DNA of 64,000 nt from Myxococcota bacterium (GCA_036229005.1 JAZAMN010000073.1:32001-96000); one strand, 5' to 3'. Counted from the stretch's first letter, positions 18,443-31,862 are shown. Numbers and translations: made by a program. Notes: generated by a model not told the origin, from the letters alone.

Positions 18443-19690
18443 CTACCCGCCGAAGTCGTCGAGCATGATGTTCTCGGGCTCGACGCCCAGGTCGATCAGC
18501 ATGTTGATGACGGCCTGGTTCATCATGGGCGGACCACAGAGGTAGTACTCGATCTCTTCCGGAGCGGGGTGCTTGGAGAGGTACTCGTCGTGGGCGACCT
18601 GGTGGATGAAGCCGGTGAGGCCCTTCCAGTTGTCCTCCTCCGTCGCGTCGGACAGAGCGATGAACCACTGGAAGTTGTCGTTCTCCGCCTGGATCTCGTT
18701 GAAGTCCTCGACGTAGAAGGCCTCCCGCCAGGAGCGCGCGCCGTACCAGAAGGTGACCTTGCGGTCGGTGTGGATGCGCTTGAACTGGTCGAAGATGTGG
18801 GAGCGCATGGGGGCCATGCCGGCACCACCACCCACGAAGCACATCTCGTTGTCGGTCTCGCGGGCGAAGAACTCACCGAAGGGGCCGGAGATGGTGACCT
18901 TGTCACCGGGCTTCTGGGCGAAGATGTACGAGGACATCTGGCCGGGAGGCACCTTCATGAAGCCCTTGGCCTTGCGGTCCCAGGGCGGGGTGGCGATCCG
19001 GATGTTGAGCATGATGATGCCCTCCTCTCCGGGGTAGTTCGCCATCGAGTACGCGCGGGTGACCAGCTCGTCGACGGTGGACACGAGGTCCCACATCTTG
19101 AAGTTGTCCCAGTCGCCTCGGTACTGGTCGTCCACCACCATCTCGCTGTACTTGGCGACGTGGGGCGGAGCCTCGATCTGGATGTAGCCACCGGCCCGGA
19201 AGGGCACTGCCTCGCCTTCCGGCAGGCTGATGACGAACTCCTTGATGAAGGTCGCGACGTTGTCGTTGGACTTGACCGTGCACTCCCACTTGCGCACGGA
19301 GAAGACCTCAGGCTCCACCTCGATGCGCATGTCGGACTTGACCTTGACCTGGCAGCTCAGGCGGCAGCCATGGCGGGCTTCGCCGCGGGAGATGTGGGTC
19401 TTCTCGGTGGGCAGCATGGAGCCGCCGCCCTCGTGCACGTGGACCTTGCAGACACCGCAGGTGCCGCCGCCGCCACAGGCCGAGGGGATGAAGATCTTGT
19501 TGTTGGCCAGGGTGTTGAGCAGCGTGCTGCCCGCCTGGGTGACGATGGGGTTCTCCTCATCGTCGTTGACGATGATCTTGACCTCGGCGGCGGGGACCAG
19601 CTTGGCCTTGGCGGCCAGCAGGATGCCCACGAGGGCCATGAGGATGACCACGAAGGCCAGGATGCCCAGTCCGACTACCATCCAGTTCAT
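18443..19690 (-). CDS. nqrF: Na+-translocating NADH:quinone oxidoreductase subunit F
   Basis: [47 protein letters not shown]. Confidence 0.98.
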   Translation of the reverse strand: MNWMVVGLGILAFVVILMALVGILLAAKAKLVPAAEVKIIVNDDEENPIVTQAGSTLLNTLANNKIFIPSACGGGGTCGVCKVHVHEGGGSMLPTEKTHISRGEARHGCRLSCQVKVKSDMRIEVEPEVFSVRKWECTVKSNDNVATFIKEFVISLPEGEAVPFRAGGYIQIEAPPHVAKYSEMVVDDQYRGDWDNFKMWDLVSTVDELVTRAYSMANYPGEEGIIMLNIRIATPPWDRKAKGFMKVPPGQMSSYIFAQKPGDKVTISGPFGEFFARETDNEMCFVGGGAGMAPMRSHIFDQFKRIHTDRKVTFWYGARSWREAFYVEDFNEIQAENDNFQWFIALSDATEEDNWKGLTGFIHQVAHDEYLSKHPAPEEIEYYLCGPPMMNQAVINMLIDLGVEPENIMLDDFGG

Positions 19691-19700
19691 TTGAGGACCC

Positions 19701-20318
19701 CTAGAGCTGGATACCGGCGAAGGCCATGAAACCGATGGCCATCAATCCGGTGAGGACGAAGGTGATGCCCAGGCCGCGGAGGGCCGGGGGCACGTTGGAG
19801 TAGCGCATGCGCTCGCGAATCGCGGCCAGGGCGACGACCGCCATGGCCCAACCCAGGCCCGAGCCGACGCCGTAGACGACGGACTCGCCGAAGTTGTAGT
19901 CCCGCTCGACCATGAAGAGGCTGGCGCCGAGGATGGCGCAGTTCACGGCGATGAGGGGGAGGAACACGCCCAGGGCGTTGTAGAGGGCCGGCGAGTAGCG
20001 GTCCAGGGCCATCTCGACGATCTGGACCATGGCGGCGATGGTACCGATGAAGACCAGGAAGTTGAGGAAGCTCAGGTCCACCGAGGCCAGGTCCGGAGAG
20101 ATCCAGGCCAGCGCGCCCTCCCGCAGGAGGAAGTGGTGGATGGCCTGGTTGGCCGGCACCGTGACGGCGAGGACGAACATGACCGCGCCACCGAGACCGA
20201 TGGCGGTCTCGACCTTCTTGGACACCGCCAGGAAGGAGCACATGCCCAGGAAGAAGGCCAGCGCCATGTTCTCGACGAACGCGGCCTTGGCGAAGAGGGA
20301 AAGGAGGCTCTCGAGCAT
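19701..20318 (-). CDS. nqrE: Na+-NQR subunit E
   Basis: [31 protein letters not shown]. Confidence 0.97.
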   Translation of the reverse strand: MLESLLSLFAKAAFVENMALAFFLGMCSFLAVSKKVETAIGLGGAVMFVLAVTVPANQAIHHFLLREGALAWISPDLASVDLSFLNFLVFIGTIAAMVQIVEMALDRYSPALYNALGVFLPLIAVNCAILGASLFMVERDYNFGESVVYGVGSGLGWAMAVVALAAIRERMRYSNVPPALRGLGITFVLTGLMAIGFMAFAGIQL

Positions 20319-20320
20319 GA

Positions 20321-20968
20321 TCAGCCCTCCGTCTCGATCTGGTCAGGCTTCCAGGTGCGCAGCGCCCAGATGAAGAAGCCGATGAGGAAGAAGGCGCCGG
20401 GAGCCAGCACCATCAGACCGTTGGGGTTGTACCAACCGCCCTCGGTGATGGGGTTGAGCAGCGTGACGCCGAAGAGCTTGCCCGTGCCGAGGAGCTCGCG
20501 GAAGAAGGCCACGACCAGCAGCACCAGGCTGTAGCCCAGGCCGTTGCCGATGCCGTCCAGAGCGCTCATGCCCGGGCCGTTCTGCATGGCGTAGGCCTCA
20601 GCGCGGCCCATGACGATGCAGTTGGTGATGATGAGACCGACGAACACCGAGAGCTGCTTGCTGACCTCGAAGACGTAGGCCTTGAGGACCTGGTCGGTGA
20701 TGATGACCAGGGAAGCGATGACGGTGAGCTGGACCACGATGCGGATGCTGGGCGGGATGTAGTTGCGCAGCAGGGAGATGAGCACGTTGGACAGCGTGAG
20801 CACGACCGTGAGGGCGATGCTCATGACCAGCGCGGTCTCCAGCTTGGTGGTCACCGCCAGCGCCGAGCAGATGCCGAGGACCTGCAGGGCGATGGGGTTG
20901 TTGTTGAACAGGGGGTCGATCAGCGCCTCGCGCTGCTGCTTCCCGAAGATGCCGTGTTGTGCACTCAT
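20321..20968 (-). CDS. nqrD: Na+-NQR subunit D
   Basis: [33 protein letters not shown]; start ATG 20968. Confidence 0.97.
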   Translation of the reverse strand: MSAQHGIFGKQQREALIDPLFNNNPIALQVLGICSALAVTTKLETALVMSIALTVVLTLSNVLISLLRNYIPPSIRIVVQLTVIASLVIITDQVLKAYVFEVSKQLSVFVGLIITNCIVMGRAEAYAMQNGPGMSALDGIGNGLGYSLVLLVVAFFRELLGTGKLFGVTLLNPITEGGWYNPNGLMVLAPGAFFLIGFFIWALRTWKPDQIETEG

Positions 20969-20972
20969 GGGG

Positions 20973-21773
20973 TCACCTCTGCTCCGCGAGGAGGGGTCCG
21001 TAGGCGGCCTCACCCATCCAGAAGTGGATGCCCTTGGTCACGCCGTTGCTGGTCAGGGTGGCGCCGGAGAGGCCGTCCACGTTGTAGGGGTCCTCTGCGG
21101 GGGTGCCCGCCTGTCCCTTCTTGACGCCCAGCGCGACGCTGCCGCCGTCGAAGATCTTGCGGCCGGGCCAGAGCCCACGCCAGCGGGAGTTGTCGACCTC
21201 GCCACCCAGGCCCGGAGTCTCTCCGTGCTCGTAGAAGATGAGGCCCTTGACGGTGTTGCCGTCCGCCGCGTCCACAGCCATGAAACCGTAGAGGGTGGAC
21301 CACAGCCCGGGGGCGGTGATCGGGAGGATGAGGCGCTCGCCGTCATCGGTCTTGATGCGGTAGACCTTGGCGCAGTTGGGCAGGCGGGTGACCTTCGCGT
21401 CGTTGGCCTCGACCTCGAAGCTCATGGAGGGCTCCTTGGTCGCCTTCTTCTGGTCGTAGCTGACCAGGTCCAGGCTCTCGCAGTCGCCCTGGGCTCCGGG
21501 GAGCTTGACGAACTCGGGGCTCACGGAGCCGTCGGAGAAGAAGCCCTGCACCGCGGAGGCCTCCAGCGCGCCGACCTCGTCGTCGTTGGAGCCGGAGTCG
21601 TTGGCGTCCTGGATCAGACCGGAGACGGTGAGCACCTTCTTCTGCTGGTCCAGGATCTTGTTGGCGTCCTGCTTGTCCTTGAGGGCGACAGCCGCGCCGG
21701 ACACGAAGACGGAAGCGACCAGGCAGACCGCGCCGGCGAAGCCGACGATGTAGCCAGTGGAATCAAGCTGCAT
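20973..21773 (-). CDS. nqrC: Na+-NQR subunit C
   Basis: [29 protein letters not shown] (FMN-Thr). Confidence 0.97.
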   Translation of the reverse strand: MQLDSTGYIVGFAGAVCLVASVFVSGAAVALKDKQDANKILDQQKKVLTVSGLIQDANDSGSNDDEVGALEASAVQGFFSDGSVSPEFVKLPGAQGDCESLDLVSYDQKKATKEPSMSFEVEANDAKVTRLPNCAKVYRIKTDDGERLILPITAPGLWSTLYGFMAVDAADGNTVKGLIFYEHGETPGLGGEVDNSRWRGLWPGRKIFDGGSVALGVKKGQAGTPAEDPYNVDGLSGATLTSNGVTKGIHFWMGEAAYGPLLAEQR

Positions 21774-23040
21774 GGCGAGCGGCCCTCCGCTTGATGTTCG
21801 CCTGCACCATGAAGTGATCGATGAGCGGGGCGAAGAGGTTCATGAAGAGAATCGCGAGCATCATCCCCTCGGGGTAGGCCGGGTTCACGACCCGGACCAG
21901 GACCACGAGGATGCCGATGAAGGCACCGTAGATGAGCTTGCCCTTGGAGGTGAAGGCGCTGGTGACGGGGTCGGTGGCCATGAAGACCATGCCGAAGGCC
22001 CAGCCGCCCAGGACCATGTGCCACCAGAAGGGCATCGCGAACATCGCGTTGCTGTCGGAGCCGATGGCGTTGAGACCGAGCGCGGTGAGCGCGGTTCCGA
22101 CGACCACACCGAGCATGGTCTCCCAGGCGCCGATTCGGGTGGCGATGAGCACGCCCGCGCCCAGCAGACAGGCCAGCGCGCTGGTCTCGCCCATGGAGCC
22201 GGGGATCATGCCCAGGAAGGCGTCCATCCAGGACAGGGTCATTCCCGCGCCCTCGCCCATCACCGCGTTGTCGATGCCGTTGTAGGCCACGGTGGCGGGG
22301 TCGGCGGCGGCGGCCTTTCCGAGCCAGGTGGCGCCGGAGTAGCCGTCAGCGCCCACGGCCTGCCAGACCTTGTCGCCCGAGATCTGCGCCGGGTAGGCGA
22401 AGAAGAGGAAGGCGCGGCCGGTCAGGGCGACGTTGAGCACGTTCATGCCCGTGCCGCCGAACATCTCCTTGCCGACGACCACGCCGAACATGATGCCGAG
22501 CGCGACCTGCCAGAGGGGGATGGTGGGGGGCAGGATCAGGGGGAAGAGCATCCCGGAGACCAGGAAGCCCTCGTTCACCTCGTGCTTGCGCACGACGGAG
22601 AAGGCGACCTCGGCCACACCGCCGGCGGCCTGGGTGACCAGGAAGATCGGCACGAAGTAGATGAGGCCGAGCACGAAGCAGGCGACCACTGAGGCGCTGA
22701 GGTCCCCCGCAGTGGCCAGGGAGACGTCCCCGAAGAGGGCCTGGAAGATGGCCATCTGGAAGTCGTCGCGGACCGGAGCGCCCTCGGAGATGGCGCTGAG
22801 GGCCTGGAACCCGGTGTTCCACTGCGCCATGAGGATGACGGGCTGGAGGGCCAGCACCACCGTGATCATCATGCGCTTGAGGTCGAGGGCGTCACGGATG
22901 TGGGCACCCTTCTTCGTCACCGTACCCGGCGTGAAGAGGATGGTGTCCGGCATCTCGTAGACCGGATGGAGCTTGTGGAACTTCCCACCTTCTTCGAAGT
23001 GGGGCGCCACCTTGTCCAGGGCGTTGCGAAGGAACTGCAT
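21763..23040 (-). CDS. nqrB: Na+-NQR subunit B
   Basis: HIRDALDLKRMM, FGGTGMN, DGYSGAT (FMN-Thr), MATDPV, PAYPEGMMLAIL. Confidence 0.98.
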   Translation of the reverse strand: MQFLRNALDKVAPHFEEGGKFHKLHPVYEMPDTILFTPGTVTKKGAHIRDALDLKRMMITVVLALQPVILMAQWNTGFQALSAISEGAPVRDDFQMAIFQALFGDVSLATAGDLSASVVACFVLGLIYFVPIFLVTQAAGGVAEVAFSVVRKHEVNEGFLVSGMLFPLILPPTIPLWQVALGIMFGVVVGKEMFGGTGMNVLNVALTGRAFLFFAYPAQISGDKVWQAVGADGYSGATWLGKAAAADPATVAYNGIDNAVMGEGAGMTLSWMDAFLGMIPGSMGETSALACLLGAGVLIATRIGAWETMLGVVVGTALTALGLNAIGSDSNAMFAMPFWWHMVLGGWAFGMVFMATDPVTSAFTSKGKLIYGAFIGILVVLVRVVNPAYPEGMMLAILFMNLFAPLIDHFMVQANIKRRAARHAA

Positions 23041-24410
23041 CAGCCTTCCGCCTCCAGGGTGTTCAGGTTCTCGCGAAGGATGGGCCCGTAGTTGTACTTG
23101 CCGGAGCAGACGACCGTGCAGAGCGCCAGGTCCTCTTCGTCCAGCTCCAGGCAGCCCAGGGCCTCGGCCTTCTCCAGGTCACCGGAGATGAGGCTGCGGA
23201 GCAGGAAGGTGGGCATGATGTCCAGGGGCATCACGCGCTCGAAGGAGCCCACGGGCACCATGGCCCGCTCGGACCCGTTGGTGCTGGTGGTCAGATCGAA
23301 CTTCTTGCTGAGGCCGAAGAGCTTGCTCAGGAAGGCCGGCATGGTGCTGAACTTGTTCAGCCCGGGGTTCAGCCAGCCCAGGAACTCGCGCTCGCGGCCC
23401 TCGGCCAGCACGCTCACCTGCTGGTGGTAGCGGCCGAGGTAGCCGAGCACGTCGCCGGAGGCGACGTCGCCCTTGAGGACGGAGCCGGAGATGACCCGGA
23501 CCTCGCCCTCCCCCAGCTTGCCGTCGACCAGGGTGTCGATGCTCGCGCCCATGCGGGTGCGGTAGAGCTGGGGTGCCGTGACCTTGGGGCCAGCCAGGGA
23601 GACGATCCGCTCCACGTTCAGCTTGCCGGTGCGGAAGAGCGCGCCCCAGAAGGCCACGTCCGCCACGCTCAGGTGCCAGACCTGCTTGCCGCGGGCGACG
23701 GGCTGCAGGAAGTGGATGTGGGTGCCGACCAGGCCGGCGGGGTGCGGACCGGAGAACTCGTGGACGTCGACGCCCGAGGCCTTGAAGTCCGCGCCGGGGC
23801 GCTGGCAGAAGTAGACCTTGGGGGCCAGCTTCTTGACGACCTCGAGGCCGGCGGCGATGTCCTCTTCGCGGCCCTTGAGGGCGACGGCGGGATCGGCGGC
23901 CAGGGGGTTGGTGTCCATGGCGTTCACGAAGATCGCCAGGGGCTCCGCGTTCAGCTCGGGGACCCGCGAGTAGGGCCGGGAGCGGAGGGCCGTCCAGGCG
24001 CCGGACTCGACCAGCAGGGCCTTGATCTGGGCCACGTCGAGCTCGCTGGCGGACTTGCCGGTGTAGGCCGCGAAGGCCTTGAAGTCCTCGGCGACGGGCT
24101 CTCCGGCGCGCTCGCTCTCGGTCAGCTCGATGACGACCGACTGCAGGGCGCGCTTGTCGCCGCGGTTGACCGCCACGATCTTGCCGGCGCCGGGCGCGGT
24201 GTGAAGAACACCCTCGCGCTTGCGGTCCTCAAAGAGGGCCGTTCCGCGCTGGACGGTGTCGCCAACGATGACCTTCATGCGCGGGCGCATGCCGACGAAG
24301 TCGGCGGCCATGACGGCGACGTGGGTCACCGCGGGGGCCTCGGCCACTTCCTGCTTGGGCTCTCCCGTGATGGGGATGTCCAAGCCCTTCTTGATGGTGT
24401 GCAAAGCCAT
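23040..24410 (-). CDS. nqrA: Na+-NQR subunit A
   Basis: [31 protein letters not shown]; start ATG 24410. Confidence 0.97.
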   Translation of the reverse strand: MALHTIKKGLDIPITGEPKQEVAEAPAVTHVAVMAADFVGMRPRMKVIVGDTVQRGTALFEDRKREGVLHTAPGAGKIVAVNRGDKRALQSVVIELTESERAGEPVAEDFKAFAAYTGKSASELDVAQIKALLVESGAWTALRSRPYSRVPELNAEPLAIFVNAMDTNPLAADPAVALKGREEDIAAGLEVVKKLAPKVYFCQRPGADFKASGVDVHEFSGPHPAGLVGTHIHFLQPVARGKQVWHLSVADVAFWGALFRTGKLNVERIVSLAGPKVTAPQLYRTRMGASIDTLVDGKLGEGEVRVISGSVLKGDVASGDVLGYLGRYHQQVSVLAEGREREFLGWLNPGLNKFSTMPAFLSKLFGLSKKFDLTTSTNGSERAMVPVGSFERVMPLDIMPTFLLRSLISGDLEKAEALGCLELDEEDLALCTVVCSGKYNYGPILRENLNTLEAEG

Positions 24411-24507
24411 ATGCAGCAGCACTCCGGGTCTGCGTTCTTGATGAGGGGGGCAGCTTGGCGCGTGCCTATCCCACGGGGGCAGCGCGGGCCACAGCCCCGT
24501 TCCAGGG

Positions 24508-25248
24508 TCAGCGGGGCCCACCGAAGGCGCGGGTGGACCGAGCCAGTGTCTCAACCTCGTTTCGATACAGTTCACCGCCCAGGCGCCCGCCCGGGTTGAT
24601 CAGCAGAGAGCCCACCTTCAGGTCCATCAAAGCGGGAAACAACTCCCGCCCGCGCCAGACCCGATAGTTCCCCACCCTGGGCTCCTTGAGGCGCAAGGAA
24701 AGCAGGTCGGTAAAGGCGGCGTAGACCGGCCAGCCCTGCAAGGTCTCCACGACCAGCGGCGCCCCCTGATCGTCCAGCCTCAGCAGCAGCCGGGCCGAGA
24801 GCATCTCCCGGTACATGGCGCGCCGGAGCTCGGGCGCGCGGCTCTTGGCCAGGCCTCGGATGGCGTCGAGCAGGGCCGGGTTCTCGGTGTCCTCGCTGGG
24901 GCCCTGGTGCTGGTGGAGTTGGAGTGCGCCCTCCAGGCCCAGAAGGTGCAGTACGCGCGCCGCGCGCGCCGCGATGGCTTCGATCTCCTCGACCCCATCG
25001 ACCCGCTGGAGGGTCTTGAAGGGGCTGACCTGGGTGAAGCCCTCGGCGCGCACGCCCTGGACCGCCTCCAGCCCGAACTTGCGGCCCTTGGGCAGGTAGT
25101 GGCTGGAGATGGGCTCGGTGCGGATCCGTGCCCCCTCCCGGTGGAAGATCAGCCAGAGGGGAGGGGCCTCGACCACCAGCCGGCCGCCGGGCCCACCGCT
25201 GTCGACCATGGCCCTCAAGGCTTCGTTCAGGACTGTCTCAGTGCTCAC
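24508..25248 (-). CDS. Two-domain protein with C-terminal SseB-like domain
   Basis: YAAFTD...GRELF...LLINPGG typical of SseB-family proteins; likely GTG 25248 after AGGAG. Confidence 0.6.
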   Translation of the reverse strand: MSTETVLNEALRAMVDSGGPGGRLVVEAPPLWLIFHREGARIRTEPISSHYLPKGRKFGLEAVQGVRAEGFTQVSPFKTLQRVDGVEEIEAIAARAARVLHLLGLEGALQLHQHQGPSEDTENPALLDAIRGLAKSRAPELRRAMYREMLSARLLLRLDDQGAPLVVETLQGWPVYAAFTDLLSLRLKEPRVGNYRVWRGRELFPALMDLKVGSLLINPGGRLGGELYRNEVETLARSTRAFGGPR

Positions 25249-25350
25249 GAGGTGCTCCTGGTACCGACCCAAGCCCTATCGCACATCCCTTCGCAAGACT
25301 GTCTCTCGGATGGGACAAGCCAATCCCCCTCCGACTCGATAGCGACGCCC

Positions 25351-27128
<1,778 letters not shown>

Positions 27129-27132
<4 letters not shown>

Positions 27133-27737
27133 AGGTCCTGGGGCTGGATGAGGCGGGCCGCGGCTGCGTGCTGGGGCCCCTGGTGGTCGGCGCCTTCTGC
27201 GTGGAGGAGGCGGGCATCCAGGCCCTCAAGGACGCCGGCGCGACCGACTCCAAGAAGCTGAGCGCCAAGAAGCGGGAGTCGCTGATCGAGCCCCTGGGGC
27301 TGCTGGGCGAGCACCGGCTGATCGACGTGAGCGCCCGTGAGATCGACGGCGGGAACATCAACGACCTGGAGCTGACCGCCTTCGTCGATCACATCCAGCA
27401 CTTCCGGCCGGACCGCGTGATCATCGACGCGCCGGTGCACCCCAAGGGCATCCCCAACTTTGTCGCCAAGCTGCTGGCCGCCCTGGACTACGAGCCTGAG
27501 CTGGTGGTCGAGCCCAAGGCCGACCTGAACTACCCCCCCTGCGGCGCCGCGAGCATCTTCGCCAAGGTGCACCGGGACGCGCAGATCACCCCCCTGGGCG
27601 CCGGCTCGGGCTACCCCTCGGATCCCAAGACGCGCGCCTGGATCCAGGGCTTCTTCCAGCGCGACGAGCCCCTGCCTGACTGCGTGCGCACGCGCTGGGA
27701 TACGGTCCGGAAGCTGCGACAGCTCCCCCTGCTCTGA
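27129..27737 (+). CDS. rnhB: Ribonuclease HII, archaeal/eukaryote-like motifs
   Basis: GLDEAGRGCVLGP, DSKKLS, KAD, AASIFAKVHRD, GSGYPSDPKT. Confidence 0.93.
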
Positions 27738-27746
27738 GGGTCCCCG

Positions 27747-28430
27747 ATGCTCTCCCTGGTCCTGCCCCTCTACAACGAGGCGGCCTGCGTGGACGCCACG
27801 GTCCGCGATCTGCTGGAGGCCCTCAAGGGGGTCGGGCTGGAGCTGGTGCTGGTCAACAACGGCAGCCAGGACGACACCGGCCGCCGCATCAACCAGCTCG
27901 CGGTGGACAACAAGAAGGTCAAGGCCTTCCACCTGCAGGACAACGCCGGCTACGGCGGCGGGATCCGCTTTGGCCTTCGGATGGCCAGCGGCGACATCCT
28001 GGGCTGGGCCTGGGGGGATGGTCAGATCGCCCCGGAGCACGTCCGGGCCTGCCTGAATCTGGTGCGCCGCGAGGGCGCGGACATCGCCAAGGTGCGCCGT
28101 GTGGAGCGCCAGGATGGCCGGGATCGGGCCCTGGTGAGCGCGGTCTACTCGCAGGTGATGCGCCGGGGCTTCGGGCTCCAGACCACCGACGTGAACGGCT
28201 GTCCCAAGCTGATGCGCCGCGCGACCTACGAGCGCCTGGACCTGCGCTCGGACGACTGGTTCCTGGACCCCGAGCTGATGCTCAAGGCCGCCGAGCTGGG
28301 TCTTGACGTGCGCGAGGTGGACGCCACGATGCTCCCCCGCCCGGGCGGCTCATCCAAGGTCAACTGGCGCACGGTCGTGGAGTTCAACCAGCGCCTCTTG
28401 GCCTGGAAGCGGGGCTGGCGGCCGGAGTGA
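27747..28430 (+). CDS. Family 2 glycosyltransferase (Dol-P-Man synthase-like)
   Basis: LSLVLPLYNE, VNNGSQDDT, NAGYGG, WGDGQ. Confidence 0.9.
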   Translation: MLSLVLPLYNEAACVDATVRDLLEALKGVGLELVLVNNGSQDDTGRRINQLAVDNKKVKAFHLQDNAGYGGGIRFGLRMASGDILGWAWGDGQIAPEHVRACLNLVRREGADIAKVRRVERQDGRDRALVSAVYSQVMRRGFGLQTTDVNGCPKLMRRATYERLDLRSDDWFLDPELMLKAAELGLDVREVDATMLPRPGGSSKVNWRTVVEFNQRLLAWKRGWRPE

Positions 28431-28446
28431 GCCCTGGGACGCCCCC

Positions 28447-29793
28447 TCAGGCCAGCAGCTCCGAGATCACGCCCCCCTCCAGGTCGGGGTGGCCGAAGTC
28501 TTCGACCCACTCCTCGCCCTTGACGCCCATGGCCGTGGCCAGGGTGTTGAAGAGGCGGTTGTGGGTGATGCCCCCCAGGTCCAGGTGCTGGCCCACGGCC
28601 AGGCGGCCGCCCGCGGAGCCTGCCAGGATGAAGGGCACGTTGTTGTAGGTGTGCGAGGGCCCGGCGCCCAGGTCGTTGCACCAGACCGCGCAGCCCTGGT
28701 CCAGCACGCCGTGCTCGTTGAGGCGGTCCAGCAGGTGCAGGAAGGTCTGGGCGAAGAGCCGGTCGATGGCCTTGTGCATCTCGTAGGCGCCCTCGATGGC
28801 CTCGCCGTCAGACCCGTCCGAGTAGATGCGGTGACTGACCCAGTGGAAGGACGGTAGGCGCTGCCCGTTGACCGTGTACTCGGTGCTGTCGTTCCCATCC
28901 CCGATCTGCAGGGTGCCCGAGCGCACGAAGCCACACGAGGCCGCCAGCGCCATCAGGTCCATCTGCCAGCGCGCGTAGTTCAAGCGCTCGTCGTCCAGGC
29001 GGGAGAGGCCCACGCCGTCGCGCATGGCGTCCTCCTGCTCCTGGCTCAGGCGGCAGGAGAGGCGCTCGAAGTCGCGGATGCTCTCGCGGTGCAGGTCCAG
29101 GCGGGCGACGTCCGAGCTGGAGAGCCCGGGGTGGGCCATCAGGGCGTCGAGCTGCGCGGCGAGCACGTCGTTGGCGCTCTGGCGCTGCAGGTCCAGCACC
29201 TCGAGGCTCACCCCGTCGGTGAGGCCCAGCATGCGCTGGTAGGCGGTCCAGGGGTCGTCCTCGGCGGCCCGCAGATCCTTCTCCCCGCGGTAGGACAGGA
29301 CCTCCTCCAGGTAGCCGTTGCGGGGCCCGGTGTAGAGGGTCAGCGGCTCCCCGCCGTTCTCGTCGAAGTGCCGGGCGACGTAGCTGTCGATGGACTCGCC
29401 CATGGCCAGGCTCCCGGCCCCGCTGGGGTCATCGGAGACCTCGTGCGCGGTGAGCACCTGGTTGCCGCCCCCGGAGTGGCCGCAGCCGTTGCTGGAGAAG
29501 GCGAACTTGAGGCCCTTCACCGCGGCGATGGACGACCCGTAGGGCGCGAGCTCCGAGAGCACCCGGTCGCTGTCGGCCTCCAGGATCTCGCGGGAGAGCT
29601 CGCCCTCGGCGCTGGGCCAGAAGCCCTCGGCCTCGCCGTTGTCGGCCTGGCTCACGCCGTTGCCCTGGCGCACAAAGAAGAGGAAGGGGTCGCCCTCGGC
29701 GGCCCGGGCCTCACCGTGGATGGACTCCAGAAAGGGCAGGCCCAGGGTGAGTCCGGCGGTCCCGGTCAGGAAGATTCGGCGGGAGGTCTTCAT
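28447..29793 (-). CDS. DUF1552 (HXXSHH) family protein with Tat signal
   Basis: SRRIFL Tat motif, LPFLES, SIDSYVA, FHWVSH, VPFILAGSAGG; coupled to DUF1592 gene. Confidence 0.9.
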   Translation of the reverse strand: MKTSRRIFLTGTAGLTLGLPFLESIHGEARAAEGDPFLFFVRQGNGVSQADNGEAEGFWPSAEGELSREILEADSDRVLSELAPYGSSIAAVKGLKFAFSSNGCGHSGGGNQVLTAHEVSDDPSGAGSLAMGESIDSYVARHFDENGGEPLTLYTGPRNGYLEEVLSYRGEKDLRAAEDDPWTAYQRMLGLTDGVSLEVLDLQRQSANDVLAAQLDALMAHPGLSSSDVARLDLHRESIRDFERLSCRLSQEQEDAMRDGVGLSRLDDERLNYARWQMDLMALAASCGFVRSGTLQIGDGNDSTEYTVNGQRLPSFHWVSHRIYSDGSDGEAIEGAYEMHKAIDRLFAQTFLHLLDRLNEHGVLDQGCAVWCNDLGAGPSHTYNNVPFILAGSAGGRLAVGQHLDLGGITHNRLFNTLATAMGVKGEEWVEDFGHPDLEGGVISELLA

Positions 29794-31862
29794 TCTGCGT
29801 CCATCCGGGTGCGGAAGCTGGGAGAGCTGACCAGGGCGACCAGCAGCTCGACGATGGGGAGCCCCTCGGCACTCTGGGCGCCCAGCTCCTCCAGCAGGGC
29901 GTCATCCGCGGCCTCGGTCGTGCGGCCGTGGGTCCAGGAGAGCCAGTGGCCGGCGTAGCAGCGGTGCGTCTCGGGGTGCTGGGCGATGATCTCGACGAAC
30001 TCGCGCCCGTGGGTCCAGCTCTCGCTGCCCCCGTCAAAGGAGAAGGTGCCGGAGGCGTCCACGGGCTTGCCGTTGTCCTCGCTCCGGATCTGACCCATCG
30101 CGTCGTAGGCCTCGAACGCAAAGCCCGGGGGGTTGATCATGGTGCTGTGGCACCCAGCGCCGCAGGTCCCGTCCCCCGTGTGGGCCTCGACCCGCTCCCG
30201 GTTGGTCTGGTCGGGGTCCAGCCCGGGGAGCCCGGTGACGTTGTCCGGCGGATCCGGCAGGTCCCGGCAGAGCACCTCCAGGTTCACGAACACGCCGCGG
30301 TGGATGGAGGACGGCGTGGTGCTGTCCGCGTGGTGGGAGAGCCAACCGGCCTGGGTGAGCAGTCCGCCGCGCTCGTTGGGGTCGAGCTCCACCCGCTCCA
30401 TGCCTGTGTCCAGCTCGCCGGCGTCCAGGCCGTAGACCGGCGCCAGGTCCGCGTTCACGAAGGTGAAGGGCGCCGCATAGAGGCTGTAGACGCCCGACTG
30501 CTCCTGGAACACGACCTCGTCCACGAAGAGCTCGACCTCCCGGCGCATCGCGCTGTTCAGGTCGGCGCTCCACACCGGGAAGCGCTCGGGGTCCTTGTAG
30601 ATGTTCTCGTAGGTGTCCAGGGCCATGAGCTGGCCGTGGAAGTCCTCGACCACCGCCCGGGCCCGCGGATCCTCAAGCATGCGCCAGGCCTGCGCCTGGA
30701 CCTCGGCCTCGGTGCCCAGCTCTCCCGCCGCGGCGGCCTCGAAGAGGGTCGCATCCGGCATGGAGTTCCACAGCGCGTAGCTGAGCTTCGCGGCGATCTC
30801 CCAGTCGTCCAGGGGGATGCGGCCGTCCTCGTCGGTCTCCTGGCTCGCCTCCACCCGGTACAGGAAGTGGGGGGACTGGAGCATGGTCGCCAGCGTGAGC
30901 TGCACACCGTCCGCGAAGTCGTCCCCGCTCTCGAAGATCTCTGGACCCTGCTGCCACAGCGAGGTCATCGTTTCGATCTCCGCGTCCGTCAAGGGGCGAC
31001 GCCAGGCGCGCTGACCGAAGGCCGCGATCCACGCCTCGGCCTCGGCCTGGCCCGCGGTGGACTCCCCCAGCAGCGAGCTGCCCCGCACCTGGAGGTAGTC
31101 CACGGACAGGTTGCGGTCGTTGCCCGCGTCCGCGTCGTAGCAGTCGTTGGTGAACTTGACCGAGACGTTGTGCACGCCGGCGGCCAGCTCCACGTCGTGC
31201 TCGTAGAGGGTGTAGGTGGGCGTGGTCTCCCCCTCCCCCACCAGCACATCGTCCACGTAGAGCTCGTAGGTCGCATAGACCTCGTCCCCGCAGTCGCTGC
31301 CCAGCAGCTCGGCGCCCACCGCGTACTTGGCGTTGTTCGGCAGCTCGAAGTCGGCGCTCAAGGTGCCGGTGGACCAGAGCATCCACCCGCTGCTGATGCC
31401 GCCACCGGAGGTGGTGACCACCCCGTCGGCCTCGGCCTCGATGACCTCGACGTGCTCCTCCCCGCCGCTGCGGGGGTCCTGGGGCACCACGGCGGCATAG
31501 CGGTCTGGATCGCTGACCGTCAGCCGCGCCAGCTCCTCGGCCGCCCGCTGGTAGTCCTGGAAGCGCACCGCGTCGACCTGGAGGGCCTCGGCGTTGTTGT
31601 TGAAGCCTTCGGAGAGGGTGTCCTGCAGGAAGGCGTCGGACAGGCCGGTCTCGGCCTCCAGCGCCAGCAGGTCAGCGACTGTGTTCTCCCACTGGGTGTG
31701 GGTCAGTCGCGCAACCCGAGGGCTGGCCGTGACCTCAAGCTCCGCCTCGGTCGTAGGCGTCGCGTCCTGCTGGCAGCCACCGCAGGCGATCAAGAACAAT
31801 GCGAGCACAGGAGTCCTCCCTGCGCTCAGCGTCTCACGAACAGGCGTTCGAAAGGCTGTCAA
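29790..31862 (-). CDS. DUF1592-family (PSD domains) lipoprotein with inserted carbohydrate-binding-like module
   Basis: RLTHTQWENTVADLL, AWRRPL, LQSPHFLYR, LSYALWNSMPD, RGGLLTQ, SIHRG, CGAGCH. Start uncertain (GTG 31808 gives MLALFLIAC). Confidence 0.88.
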   Translation of the reverse strand: MTAFRTPVRETLSAGRTPVLALFLIACGGCQQDATPTTEAELEVTASPRVARLTHTQWENTVADLLALEAETGLSDAFLQDTLSEGFNNNAEALQVDAVRFQDYQRAAEELARLTVSDPDRYAAVVPQDPRSGGEEHVEVIEAEADGVVTTSGGGISSGWMLWSTGTLSADFELPNNAKYAVGAELLGSDCGDEVYATYELYVDDVLVGEGETTPTYTLYEHDVELAAGVHNVSVKFTNDCYDADAGNDRNLSVDYLQVRGSSLLGESTAGQAEAEAWIAAFGQRAWRRPLTDAEIETMTSLWQQGPEIFESGDDFADGVQLTLATMLQSPHFLYRVEASQETDEDGRIPLDDWEIAAKLSYALWNSMPDATLFEAAAAGELGTEAEVQAQAWRMLEDPRARAVVEDFHGQLMALDTYENIYKDPERFPVWSADLNSAMRREVELFVDEVVFQEQSGVYSLYAAPFTFVNADLAPVYGLDAGELDTGMERVELDPNERGGLLTQAGWLSHHADSTTPSSIHRGVFVNLEVLCRDLPDPPDNVTGLPGLDPDQTNRERVEAHTGDGTCGAGCHSTMINPPGFAFEAYDAMGQIRSEDNGKPVDASGTFSFDGGSESWTHGREFVEIIAQHPETHRCYAGHWLSWTHGRTTEAADDALLEELGAQSAEGLPIVELLVALVSSPSFRTRMDAE

